DNA of 64,000 nucleotides, taken from assembly GCA_029690005.1 (NCBI GenBank), contig CP121458.1, positions 4,481,872 through 4,545,871 of the forward strand, given 5' to 3'. Source of the DNA: Prescottella defluvii. Its GTDB lineage: Bacteria; Actinomycetota; Actinomycetes; Mycobacteriales; Mycobacteriaceae. The notes beneath the pieces are model-generated. The model was given only the letters and a program-made list of their open reading frames with translations. It was not told the origin of the DNA and ran no database searches. Position 1 is the first letter of the stretch. The number at the start of each line of letters is the position of its first letter. Shown here piece by piece: positions 45,443-53,424 of this stretch. A program made the translations under genes and the position numbers.

Positions 45443-46915
45443 CTACTTGTTGGATCCGAAGCCGCCGAGCGAGCCGAGGCTGCCGGTTCCGGGGCCTCCG
45501 GGGTCTCCGCCGGGCGCGACGATCACCGATACCTGATCGGCGGAGGCGTTGACGGTGCCCTGGCCCGAGTACTCGGCGGTGACGGTCCGCTGGCCGGCGG
45601 TAGCCGGGGTCCACGCAGTCGTGGCAGTCCCGTCGGATCCGACCTGGCCGGTGCCGATGACGGTGCCACCGTCCTTGAAGGTGACGGTACCGCCGGCGTT
45701 GGCGGGGTTGACCTTCGCCGTCAGGGTCGTGGTCGTGCCGACGGTGACGCTGCCGATCGGGTTGAGGGTGGTGGTCGAGTCGGTGGTGGAGGCGGGTGCC
45801 TCGGCGACGTTGACCTGTGCGGTGGTGCCCGATCCGGTGACGCCGTCACGGCCGGAGAAGGTGGCGGTGAGGGTGTGGCTGCCGGCCACCGTGGGCACCC
45901 ACTGGTAGGTGACCTTCCCGTCGTTGCCGACCGGCAGCGTCGCCAGTGTCGTGGTGCCGTCGCGGAGTTCGACGGCGCCACCCGCCGCGGTCGGGCTGAC
46001 CGTGGCGGTGACGTTGGACGCGCGGCCGACCTGGGCGCCGGTCACCGGCGCAAGCGTGATCGTCGAGGTGACGTTCTGCTCGGCGACCTGCACGGTGATC
46101 GTCCCTGACTGGGACGCGGTGGAGAACGCGGTGCCGAGGAAGCCTGCCGAGAGCGCGTGGCTGCCCCGGAGCGTGGGGGTCCAGGCGAGGGTCGCAGTTC
46201 CGCCGGCGTCGATGGCGGCCTGGCCGATTACGGCTGCGCCGTCGCGGAATTCGACGGCGTCACCCGCCGCGCCGCCGGTGACGGTGGCGGTCAGCGTGCT
46301 CGGCACGCCGACGCGAGCGCCGGCGACGGGGGCGAGGGTGGTCGTGGTACCGGTCTTGGCCATCGTGATCGACGGGCCCTCGGTGCCGTAGTTACCGCTG
46401 CCGAGTGATCCGCCGTAGTCCATGCCGGTGGCCAGTGCGGTATCACGGGCGCAGTTCTGACCGACCTTGTAGCTGACGCTGAAGACAGGGTTCCGGAAGA
46501 AACCGGGGCGATTCTGAACCACCCAGTCGGTGATGCCCCAGGAGGCGCGGACGTAGCCGGTCCCGTTGCCCTCGTCGGCGACGACCTCGGGGTTGGAGAC
46601 AGGGTATTCGCTCTGGCCGATCATCTTGGCGGAACCCGGGACGTAGGTCATGCAGGACGGGTGCCGGTCCTTGACGTTGTAGATGAACTCGTCGACCCAA
46701 CTGGTCCGGTCGAACTTCGTCGTCACGGTGATCGTGTCGCCGACCGCGGGGGCGGTGTTGCTGACGGTGCGGGTGAAACGGGAGCTTCCGTCGTCCCAGG
46801 TGATCGACCCGGGGGCTGCGCCGGCGACACCTGCGCCGAGGAGGGCGAATGCACCAATCGTCAGTGTCGTTGCCGCGCCGACGGCGATGCCGCGCGTCAT
46901 CGCTCGTGATGTCAT
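45443..46915 (-). CDS. Secreted protein: signal peptide, N-terminal domain, three tandem bacterial Ig-like repeats (about 95 aa each), Gly-rich C-terminal tail
   Basis: MTSRAMTRGIAVGAATTLTIGAFALLGAGVAGAAPG signal peptide. Repeats begin TTTTLAPVAGARVG..., TSTITLAPVTGAQVG..., TTTLNPIGSVTVG..., each ending in a SHxLxA/TAxF or TAEY motif. Tail GGDPGGPGTGSLGSLGGFGSNK. Intact. Confidence 0.7.
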   Translation of the reverse strand: MTSRAMTRGIAVGAATTLTIGAFALLGAGVAGAAPGSITWDDGSSRFTRTVSNTAPAVGDTITVTTKFDRTSWVDEFIYNVKDRHPSCMTYVPGSAKMIGQSEYPVSNPEVVADEGNGTGYVRASWGITDWVVQNRPGFFRNPVFSVSYKVGQNCARDTALATGMDYGGSLGSGNYGTEGPSITMAKTGTTTTLAPVAGARVGVPSTLTATVTGGAAGDAVEFRDGAAVIGQAAIDAGGTATLAWTPTLRGSHALSAGFLGTAFSTASQSGTITVQVAEQNVTSTITLAPVTGAQVGRASNVTATVSPTAAGGAVELRDGTTTLATLPVGNDGKVTYQWVPTVAGSHTLTATFSGRDGVTGSGTTAQVNVAEAPASTTDSTTTLNPIGSVTVGTTTTLTAKVNPANAGGTVTFKDGGTVIGTGQVGSDGTATTAWTPATAGQRTVTAEYSGQGTVNASADQVSVIVAPGGDPGGPGTGSLGSLGGFGSNK

Positions 46916-47198
46916 GTGTTTCCTTTGCTCGCTGGTGTCGCGACCGCCGACATCGAGGTCGCAGCGTTGGTTGAATGGCCGTGTGCTGGGCCCGGGGCGG
47001 TCGGGTCGCCGACCACACGGGGACTACACGCTGGGGCTAGCCGCCATCCCCTGAGAACGTTGCTGACCAGGCCGGTTGAACTGAGCCGGCCGACGACGGG
47101 GCGGCGATACGACAGACTGCGGATCGGGCCACACAGATCTCCGTTCGATCAAGCGCATTCCCGCAGTATGTGACTGCAGGACCCAGCAAAAGAGGTGC

Positions 47199-47243
47199 CC
47201 GTGCGCGATACGAATCACGCACGGGCACCTTTATACAGACAAT
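47199..47243. terminator. Perfect 13-bp-stem hairpin with T-rich flanks on both sides (bidirectional rho-independent terminator candidate)
   Basis: aaaag-AGGTGCCCGTGCG-cgatacgaatca-CGCACGGGCACCT-ttatac. Lies downstream of the minus-strand lutC fragment. Confidence 0.45.
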
Positions 47244-47363
47244 CGTCCAACTACCGTGGGGCTTTCGCGGACCGGACTGCCGAGGACCGGAGAATCCGCA
47301 GGTCCGTTTCCGAAGGCAACGGGACCGTGGACCGCAGAGGCGCACCGCCCAACGGGCTCCTTT

Positions 47364-48058
47364 TCACCGGGCCGAACGACGCTGAGAACGGCTCAGCCCA
47401 CGATCACCACATGCAAGTTCCGCGGCCCGTGGTCGGCCGCTCGGGCACCAACCGCGCGCAGCGCCTCGGGTACGCCCACCTCGATGCTGTCGACGGTCAC
47501 GACGCACACGTGGAGGTCCGGCACCAGGGTGAGCGCCCGGCGGCCCTGGTCGCGGCCGCCGTCGAGGAAGATCGTGCCGGTCTCGGCGCAGGTGACCGCC
47601 GACGCGGTCACGACGCCGTCCAGGTCGGACAGTTGCGGGCCGGCATGTCCGGGAATCGACGACGACCTCGCCGTCGAACCCCGACAGCCACGAATCCTGC
47701 AGTCCCGCAGGGACACCGACGCGGTCGTCTATGACCTGCAGCAGCGTGCACAGCATCCGCGACGGATGCCACGGGTCGCCGTCGACGTCGTAGCCGGTCG
47801 CGGTCGCGAGCGCCTGGTCGATCAGCCGCGTCGGGACGGGAACTCGATGTTGGCGGCGACGCCGTCACCGTGGCCGGCGTCACCCGCGCCCAGCACGTGC
47901 GACAGACACTGCGTCAGCCAGCGCTCGACGCCCTTCGCTGGAACCGCGATCACCTCGCGCTGGAACGAGTCCGCGAGGGGCGTGACCAGCACATCGGCGA
48001 GCGCGGACGCGAGCGTGCCGGCGCTCTCGGCGCGGTGCAGCGTCAGCAATGCTCATCT
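47364..48058 (-). pseudogene. Chimeric remnant: duplicated 5' end of recC (codons 1 to about 107) fused in frame to the distal half of a third lutC copy
   Basis: 47735-48058 is about 95% identical at nucleotide level to 44830-45152 (the recC start region). Identity stops exactly at the recC start codon. From about 47716 downward the sequence is about 90% identical to lutC (52801-53160), through to the lutC stop at 47393. ORF 47364-47756 reads MLCTLLQVIDD (RecC) then [24 protein letters not shown] (LutC-like) continuously. A further frameshift lies inside the lutC part. Confidence 0.6.
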
Positions 48059-48123
48059 CCTAGCGGCGTCGTCGACAGTGCGGCATCGGCCAAGAATTAT
48101 CACACCGATCCGACGCTCCACGG

Positions 48124-48204
48124 CGACCACAGGACATGCGGCAGTCAACGCGACCACAGGACATGCGGCAGTCAACGCGACCACAGGACATGCGGCAGTC
48201 AACG
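48124..48204. repeat. Perfect tandem repeat, 27 bp x 3 (cgaccacaggacatgcggcagtcaacg), with degenerate partial copies on both sides
   Basis: Three identical consecutive units. ggcgaccacagg before and cgcccacagcg after. Sits between the recC'-'lutC remnant and the IS left end. Confidence 0.9.
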
Positions 48205-48278
48205 CGCCCACAGCGCCTCGCATACATCTAGGGCGTGTCTCCTAAATCCGGGCGGTCGGATCGGCGACACTGTCCCGT

Positions 48279-48674
48279 GTGTCGCGCACCGAATACCTGA
48301 CTGATGAGCAGTGGGCGTTGATCGAGCCGTTGCTTCCTACGTCCGACGGATGTCGGGGCCGCCCGTTCCGGGACAACCGTCGGGTCGTGGAGGGCATCGT
48401 CTACCGCTACCGAGCCGGGATCGCCTGGCGGGATGTACCCACGGATTTCGGTCCGTGGCAGACGATCTGGAAACGGCACCGCCGCTACGCCGGGGACGGC
48501 ACCTGGGACAAGATCCTCGCTTCCCTGCTGGCGCATGCGGATGCAAACGGGTTGGTCGACTGGACCGTGTCGGTGGACTCGACGATCTGCCGAGCCCACC
48601 AGCACGGCACCAACCTCACCCGCGACACAGGGGGATCTGTCGAATTACACGAACCTCCTGAACGAGCCGGCTGA
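48279..48674 (+). CDS. IS5-family transposase OrfA (N-terminal HTH part)
   Basis: MSRTEYLTDEQWALIEPLLP...GRPFRDNRRVVEGIVYRYRAGIAWRDVP...WTVSVDSTICRAHQHG, the typical IS5/IS427 N-terminus. Confidence 0.75.
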   Translation: MSRTEYLTDEQWALIEPLLPTSDGCRGRPFRDNRRVVEGIVYRYRAGIAWRDVPTDFGPWQTIWKRHRRYAGDGTWDKILASLLAHADANGLVDWTVSVDSTICRAHQHGTNLTRDTGGSVELHEPPERAG

Positions 48675-49170
48675 CCACGCCCTCGGCCGCTCCCGTGGCG
48701 GGCTCGGCACGAAGATCCACCAGCTCGCCGACGGACACGGCCGTCCCCTCGTCCTGCTGATCGGGCCAGGTCAGGCCGGTGACTCGCCGATGTTCCCGAT
48801 CCTGATGGGTGCGTTGTCGGTGCCCCGGTTCGGCCGTGGAAGACCCCGAACCCGCCCGGACGCGGTGCTCGGCGACAAGGCCTACTCGTCGAAAGCGATT
48901 CGCACCCACCTCCGGTCGAGAGGCATCGAAGCGATCATCGCCGAACCGGACGACCAGAAGCGTCACCGCCTCCGGCGGGGCGGCCGCGGAGGCCGTCCGG
49001 TCGGGTTCGACACCGAGAAATACAAGGGCCGCAACGTCGTCGAACGATCCTTCGCCACCCTCAAGCAGTGGCGCGGGCTCGCCACCCGCTACGACAAACT
49101 CGCACTCACCTATCGGGCCGGCGTGGTCCTCTCAGCGGTTTGTATCTGGCTGAGGTCCCTCACGAAATAG
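48433..49170 (+). CDS. IS5-family transposase OrfB (DDE catalytic part). Frame is open from 48433. Homology begins near 48640.
   Basis: EPADHALGRSRGGLGTKIHQLADGHGRPL...VLGDKAYSS...GRNVVERSFATLKQWRGLATRYDK. OrfB is +1 relative to OrfA, not the -1 expected for programmed frameshifting. This may be a native two-ORF arrangement or another single-base indel. Confidence 0.7.
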   Translation: MYPRISVRGRRSGNGTAATPGTAPGTRSSLPCWRMRMQTGWSTGPCRWTRRSAEPTSTAPTSPATQGDLSNYTNLLNEPADHALGRSRGGLGTKIHQLADGHGRPLVLLIGPGQAGDSPMFPILMGALSVPRFGRGRPRTRPDAVLGDKAYSSKAIRTHLRSRGIEAIIAEPDDQKRHRLRRGGRGGRPVGFDTEKYKGRNVVERSFATLKQWRGLATRYDKLALTYRAGVVLSAVCIWLRSLTK

Positions 49171-49279
49171 GAGACACGCTCTAGCCCATCACCTGGTGTC
49201 ACTTGCCAATTCGTCGCGTGGCTCGCCGGCCGGCAGCCACTTGCTAGTCTGCCCCGCGACAGATGTAGCCAGGGGCAAG

Positions 49280-49912
49280 ATGTCGGACCTATTCGTCGAA
49301 CCGAACGACGCCGAGAAGTGGACTGCGGTGGAACCGACCACCCGTTCATCTGCGGTCGTCTTGGAGACGGTGCCGGCTGACGAAACCGGGCCGAACCAGC
49401 ACCGAAGGCTCGCCATGCCGGTGCCCGGGATTTGCGTGGCGCACGGTTTGCCCGCCACGAACACGGCGACCTTCCTGGTGCGGCCGTATCACAAGATCAT
49501 GAATGACTCATATCGCGACGCGGTGCCGATACTTCCTGGCGGCTTCTGGGATCTCCTCACGAACTCCCTCAGTCGACTCCGAGAGCAGCCTTCCGTGCAA
49601 ACCACATGGCCGCTCTGCTCCCGATGCGAGGCTCGCCGAAGTCGATGCCTGCGCGCCGCGGCGATCCTCGCCGCGTGCGGACCAGTGCTCATCATGGTGT
49701 CCGTCGGCCTCGGGTTGGCAGATTTGCGTGGGCCAGCCACGACGGCTTCGTTTCTGACCGGACTGGCGTTCTTGCCGCTCGCGCTCGCGTTCCTCACCGC
49801 GACCCGTCCCGACAAACTCTTCCACGCCGCAGCCACCCCAGACGGCTCCGCCGTGATCGTGACCGACCCGCATCCAAAGTTCGCGGCCGCGATACGGGCC
49901 ATTCGAGACTGA
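49280..49912 (+). CDS. Hypothetical membrane protein (2-3 TM, CxxC)
   Basis: MSDLFVEPNDAEKW...CSRCEARRSRC... then hydrophobic AAILAACGPVLIMVSVGLGLA and FLTGLAFLPLALAFLTA. No domain call. Confidence 0.3.
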   Translation: MSDLFVEPNDAEKWTAVEPTTRSSAVVLETVPADETGPNQHRRLAMPVPGICVAHGLPATNTATFLVRPYHKIMNDSYRDAVPILPGGFWDLLTNSLSRLREQPSVQTTWPLCSRCEARRSRCLRAAAILAACGPVLIMVSVGLGLADLRGPATTASFLTGLAFLPLALAFLTATRPDKLFHAAATPDGSAVIVTDPHPKFAAAIRAIRD

Positions 49913-49966
49913 AGGATCTTCAGCCGAAGACCACCACTTGCACATACGGCGGCGGGAACATGCGTG

Positions 49967-50521
49967 CTACGCACCTGCGTTCGATCGAATGTCGAGCCCC
50001 AAGTTGATCACCATCACATCAGTTTCGAGCGCAGCCATCTGCTCGACGAGGTTGGTCACCGTCAGCTGAGTCAAATACTGCTTCCCCGCGCGCTCCGTGA
50101 TGAGGAAACGCGTCGTACTCGCCAGCATCCAGTGGTCGGCGTTGTACGCGCCTCGGACGAAGAGCGAGCGATGCCCGAGGAAGTCGGCATGCGAGGATTC
50201 CTCCTCCTGCCAATCGGGCAACTGCGACGAAGTCCTACGCGCCGCTCCGAGGAGTTGGTCCGCGTCGACCCTGCCCGACAGTTCACCGTGCAACACGACG
50301 GCGTTCGGCGTAAAACCGTTGAGCTCGCACTCCGGAGCCAGGAGCACCATCCAAGCCCCGGGAAATGCATCTGGCGCAGCCTTCGTCCAGCCGGGAAGCA
50401 CCGGCACGGTCACGACCGGAACAGCCGGATCGGTCGCACAACACGGCGAGCATTCCAGGCCGTTCTCATCCAGATAGTCCAGCAACGTACCGCGCCTCCG
50501 CGAACCCCCGCCAGTCTCGCC
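49967..50521 (-). CDS. Hypothetical protein (about 184 aa)
   Basis: MTRGETGGGS...LPGWTKAAPDAFPGAWMVLLAPECELNGFTPNAVVLHGELSGRVDADQLLG...TQLTVTNLVEQMAALETDVMVINLGL. No recognised domain. Confidence 0.35.
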   Translation of the reverse strand, partial: GETGGGSRRRGTLLDYLDENGLECSPCCATDPAVPVVTVPVLPGWTKAAPDAFPGAWMVLLAPECELNGFTPNAVVLHGELSGRVDADQLLGAARRTSSQLPDWQEEESSHADFLGHRSLFVRGAYNADHWMLASTTRFLITERAGKQYLTQLTVTNLVEQMAALETDVMVINLGLDIRSNAGA

Positions 50522-50526
50522 GCGTG

Positions 50527-51441
50527 TCATGACACCTCGGATCCGTCGGCGGATGACGCTGCCCGTAGTCGTGATCGCAGCGGCGCTGGAGTCAGGAGCG
50601 CTCGTGCCCTTGCGCCGGTAAGCGCACGACGACGATCCGGTGATTCCCGCAATGACGACAACAGTCCGAGCAGCACGTTCGGTTCCGCCACGAGGACATG
50701 AGCATCTAGCCTCAGCCGGTTCGTCTCGTCGTACCGCAGCCGGCCCCGCCCCGGAAGGGGCATCCCACTCACCAACCAGATGATTGGATTGCGAACTTCG
50801 ATCAGGCCGCCCACCACCTGCTCGTCCACCTGGAACTCGACGATGTCGTCCCACGAGACGAAGGTGTCGATCGTCCGTGTCGACCACAGTCGACGAAGTG
50901 CAACTATCCGTCGAATCCCGCTCGGGTACAGGCGGATCGACGTCGAGGAGCGGAACCCAAGGAAAAGCGCAAGCAAGATCAACGCGGCGATGCCGCAGGC
51001 AGTCATGAACTTGGCTTGCCCGGAGTCTCGAGCCTCGAGCGGTCCCACATCGAAACCGAACAGCCAACCCGCCGCAACGGCCAACCCGATCACTGCGACT
51101 GCCGCGAGGCTTACGAAGAGCGGTACCAGGTATTTCCGGGTGGGCACCTCAATCCCCTCACCGATCTCGTCATGGCAGACGACGATCCGCTTCGACAGCC
51201 CTAGATATCGAAACCCGCCAAGACCCGCCAGTCCCACCGTCGCGAAGCCGAAAACTAGCGCCAGAACGGGCGCGATCAAGATCACCACGGGTTCGTCGCG
51301 GACCACACCCTGCACCGCAGTCGCGGACATGATGCACGCCATCGATGCGGTCACGGCAGCCCCCACCAAAGGTCCCCATCGAAGCCGTTGGGACCAGGTC
51401 TGCTTCCATGAATCAGTCTTCGCCACGTCCTGTCCCCTACT
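50527..51441 (-). CDS. Membrane protein with 4 TM helices and a C-terminal bPH-like domain
   Basis: TM segments GPLVGAAVTASMACIMSA, VVILIAPVLALVFGFATVGLAGLGGF, LVPLFVSLAAVAVIGLAVAAGWLFGF, ACGIAALILLALFLGF. C-terminal beta-rich region. Start unclear. Confidence 0.35.
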   Translation of the reverse strand, partial: SRGQDVAKTDSWKQTWSQRLRWGPLVGAAVTASMACIMSATAVQGVVRDEPVVILIAPVLALVFGFATVGLAGLGGFRYLGLSKRIVVCHDEIGEGIEVPTRKYLVPLFVSLAAVAVIGLAVAAGWLFGFDVGPLEARDSGQAKFMTACGIAALILLALFLGFRSSTSIRLYPSGIRRIVALRRLWSTRTIDTFVSWDDIVEFQVDEQVVGGLIEVRNPIIWLVSGMPLPGRGRLRYDETNRLRLDAHVLVAEPNVLLGLLSSLRESPDRRRALTGARARALLTPAPLRSRLRAASSADGSEVS

Positions 51442-51442
51442 G

Positions 51443-51646
51443 CTAGTCCCAAACCCACTGCAAGAACTTCGATCCGCCGTAAGCGGCACCTCCACCTACG
51501 ATCACGCCGACGACCAGTCCGACCGCCGTGCCGAGTCCCGGGACCACAGAGCCTGCAGCAGACCCCGCCACTGCACCACTAGCTATCCCACCGGCCCAAG
51601 ACCCAGCAACAAGCCCCGCTCCCGCTCCCGCCGCCTCGGTAGTCAC
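51443..51646 (-). CDS. Small Gly/Ala-rich membrane protein (67 aa), ATG overlaps the upstream stop (ATGA)
   Basis: MTTEAAGAGAGLVAGSWAGGIASGAVAGSAAGSVVPGLGTAVGLVVGVIVGGGAAYGGSKFLQWVWD. Could instead be the frameshifted C-terminal tail of the upstream WXG-fused protein. Confidence 0.35.
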   Translation of the reverse strand: MTTEAAGAGAGLVAGSWAGGIASGAVAGSAAGSVVPGLGTAVGLVVGVIVGGGAAYGGSKFLQWVWD

Positions 51647-52443
51647 GGCCTTCGCGGCCCCATCCCACCGTTGATGTCGTCGGCAATCGCCGGCACAGCA
51701 CCCAGGACGGCACCGAACGGCCCCAACCTGCGACCGATCAAGCGTGCAACGTCATCCCCAGACGCCTTCGCGGCGCTGACCAGTCCCTCGCCAGTCGCAT
51801 CGACCATCACCCCGATCGTCGAGGCTGCCACCGTCGCCGGCACATCCGGCGCCCAGCTGAACTCCCCATCCGGCGATTCGGCGATCCGTCCAGGTACGGC
51901 GTCCCGTCCCGCCGATGTCACCTCTGACAGGGATTCACGGACCCGACGGGAAACGTCCGATGCCGCAGACTCCGCCTGCCGCAATGCATCGAGCAAGGCG
52001 AGCGACAGTTCTGCTGCCTCTCTCTCCAATCGGAGACGCGCAGCGTCCCGGGTATCAGCTGGCGCCATGACAAGCCACACTGTCAGCGTGCTGGCGTCCA
52101 CCGTTCCGTCCTCGCCGACCGCGAAACCACGTTGTCGGATGCCATTCACGGTAGAGATCACATGGTCGCGGGCTGAACCGATCACGGCAGCTCCGCTCTC
52201 GAACTCCTGGGCAAGTTGTTGCAGCGCATGGGCGACAAGGCTCGCCGTCGAGTTCTCACGACTAATTCGTTTGGTCGCGGAGTCGGCGGCGACGCCGTCC
52301 CAACTCTCACAAAGTGAATCCTGACCAGCGATCAGCTCCCGCATTCGGTCGTCCAGCTGACTCGCCAGACCCCTGATGCCCTCGCTCGTCAACTTGAGGG
52401 CATCAGGATTCCAAGCTGAAACGTCCGACACGGTCGGACTCAC
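51643..52443 (-). CDS. WXG100-like N-terminal domain protein with a roughly 170-aa C-terminal extension (T7SS-substrate/polymorphic-toxin-like architecture)
   Basis: N-terminal approx. 90 aa: AWNPDALKLTSEGIRGLASQLDDRMRELIAGQDSLCESWDGVAADSA contains a central W-x-G motif with helical flanks. Followed by a non-homologous extension. Start overlaps the upstream small gene (ATGA). Confidence 0.5.
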   Translation of the reverse strand: MSPTVSDVSAWNPDALKLTSEGIRGLASQLDDRMRELIAGQDSLCESWDGVAADSATKRISRENSTASLVAHALQQLAQEFESGAAVIGSARDHVISTVNGIRQRGFAVGEDGTVDASTLTVWLVMAPADTRDAARLRLEREAAELSLALLDALRQAESAASDVSRRVRESLSEVTSAGRDAVPGRIAESPDGEFSWAPDVPATVAASTIGVMVDATGEGLVSAAKASGDDVARLIGRRLGPFGAVLGAVPAIADDINGGMGPRRP

Positions 52444-52733
52444 GACGGGACATCCATTGCGTCGAGCATGCTCGTGAAGTCCGATTCGGACACTTCGTAG
52501 TTGTTTGCCGACCCTCGGGCGATCTCCGCGATCGAAGAAAGCCGTATGCAGATGTTCTTGAGAACACCGGCGACTCCCTCGTAGCCTTCGGTGCCGACTG
52601 CCGCGAACTCGGTACCCGGCAAAGCTCCTTGCGAATCCGCGAATGGCGAACTCACATCGACGTGTGCGAGCGAATCCCCCGCCGAAGACGCCGTCTCCGC
52701 GAACTTCCTCAGCGCGCCCGGATCGACCTTCAT
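52440..52733 (-). CDS. Small (97 aa) EsxB/DUF-type partner protein preceding the WXG-like gene
   Basis: MKVDPGALRKFAETASSAGDSLAHV... About 100 aa helical protein. Translationally coupled (TGA/ATG overlap) with the next gene. Confidence 0.35.
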   Translation of the reverse strand: MKVDPGALRKFAETASSAGDSLAHVDVSSPFADSQGALPGTEFAAVGTEGYEGVAGVLKNICIRLSSIAEIARGSANNYEVSESDFTSMLDAMDVPS

Positions 52734-52800
52734 CTTGAACCGCCCCCGTGTTGCTCCCCTGACGCGCGACGGTATCAGGAACTCGCGGACGCGGTTTCAG

Positions 52801-53424
52801 TCAGCCCACGATCACCACATGCAGGTTCCGGGGCCCGTGGACGCCCTCGACGCGCTCAAGCTCGATGTCCGACGTCGCCGACGGCCCGCTGATCATCGTG
52901 GTCGGACGCTCGGGAACCAACCGCGCCAGAGCCTCGGGCACGCCGACCTCGATGCTGTCGACGGTCACGACACATACGTGCAGGTCCGGGACCAGGGTGA
53001 GCGCCCGGCGGCCCTGGTCGGGACTGCCGTCGAGGAAGATCGTCCCGGTCTCGGCGCACGTCACCGCCGACGCGGTCACCACGCCGTCCAGCTCGGACAG
53101 CTGCGGGGCGGGCACGTCCGGGGAGTCGATGAAGACGTCGCCGCCGAACCGGGACAGCCACGAATCGTCCAGTCCCGCAGGGACACCGACGCCGTGAACA
53201 TCGAGGTCACCGAGAACTCGCGCCAGCACCTCGGGCAGTTCGTCGGCCGCACTCCGGTGCACGACAGCCTTGTAGTCGAGCAGTCGGTCCACCAGCAGGT
53301 CGACGCGCTGCTCGTCGGGCATGGTGCGACCGGTGCGGTAGTTCCGCGGAACCTCGACCGCTGCCGGCGGCGCGAGCGTCAGCGCGTCCCGGATCCGTCC
53401 CATGATGACGTCGCGTGAGCTCAC
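52801..53424 (-). CDS. lutC: Lactate utilisation protein LutC (LUD domain), copy 1
   Basis: [41 protein letters not shown] overlaps the lutB stop (GTGA). Intact. Confidence 0.8.
   Translation of the reverse strand: MSSRDVIMGRIRDALTLAPPAAVEVPRNYRTGRTMPDEQRVDLLVDRLLDYKAVVHRSAADELPEVLARVLGDLDVHGVGVPAGLDDSWLSRFGGDVFIDSPDVPAPQLSELDGVVTASAVTCAETGTIFLDGSPDQGRRALTLVPDLHVCVVTVDSIEVGVPEALARLVPERPTTMISGPSATSDIELERVEGVHGPRNLHVVIVG

Larger units (their letters stand above)
48234..49181 (+). mobile_element. IS5-family (IS427-group-like) insertion sequence, about 950 bp, imperfect terminal IRs (GGCGTGTCTCCTA / AGCGTGTCTCCTA), flanked by CTAG on both sides
   Basis: Left end ...catCTAG|ggcgtgtctcctaaat. Right end ...aaataggagacacgct|CTAG|ccc. 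Two overlapping transposase ORFs inside. Confidence 0.8.
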
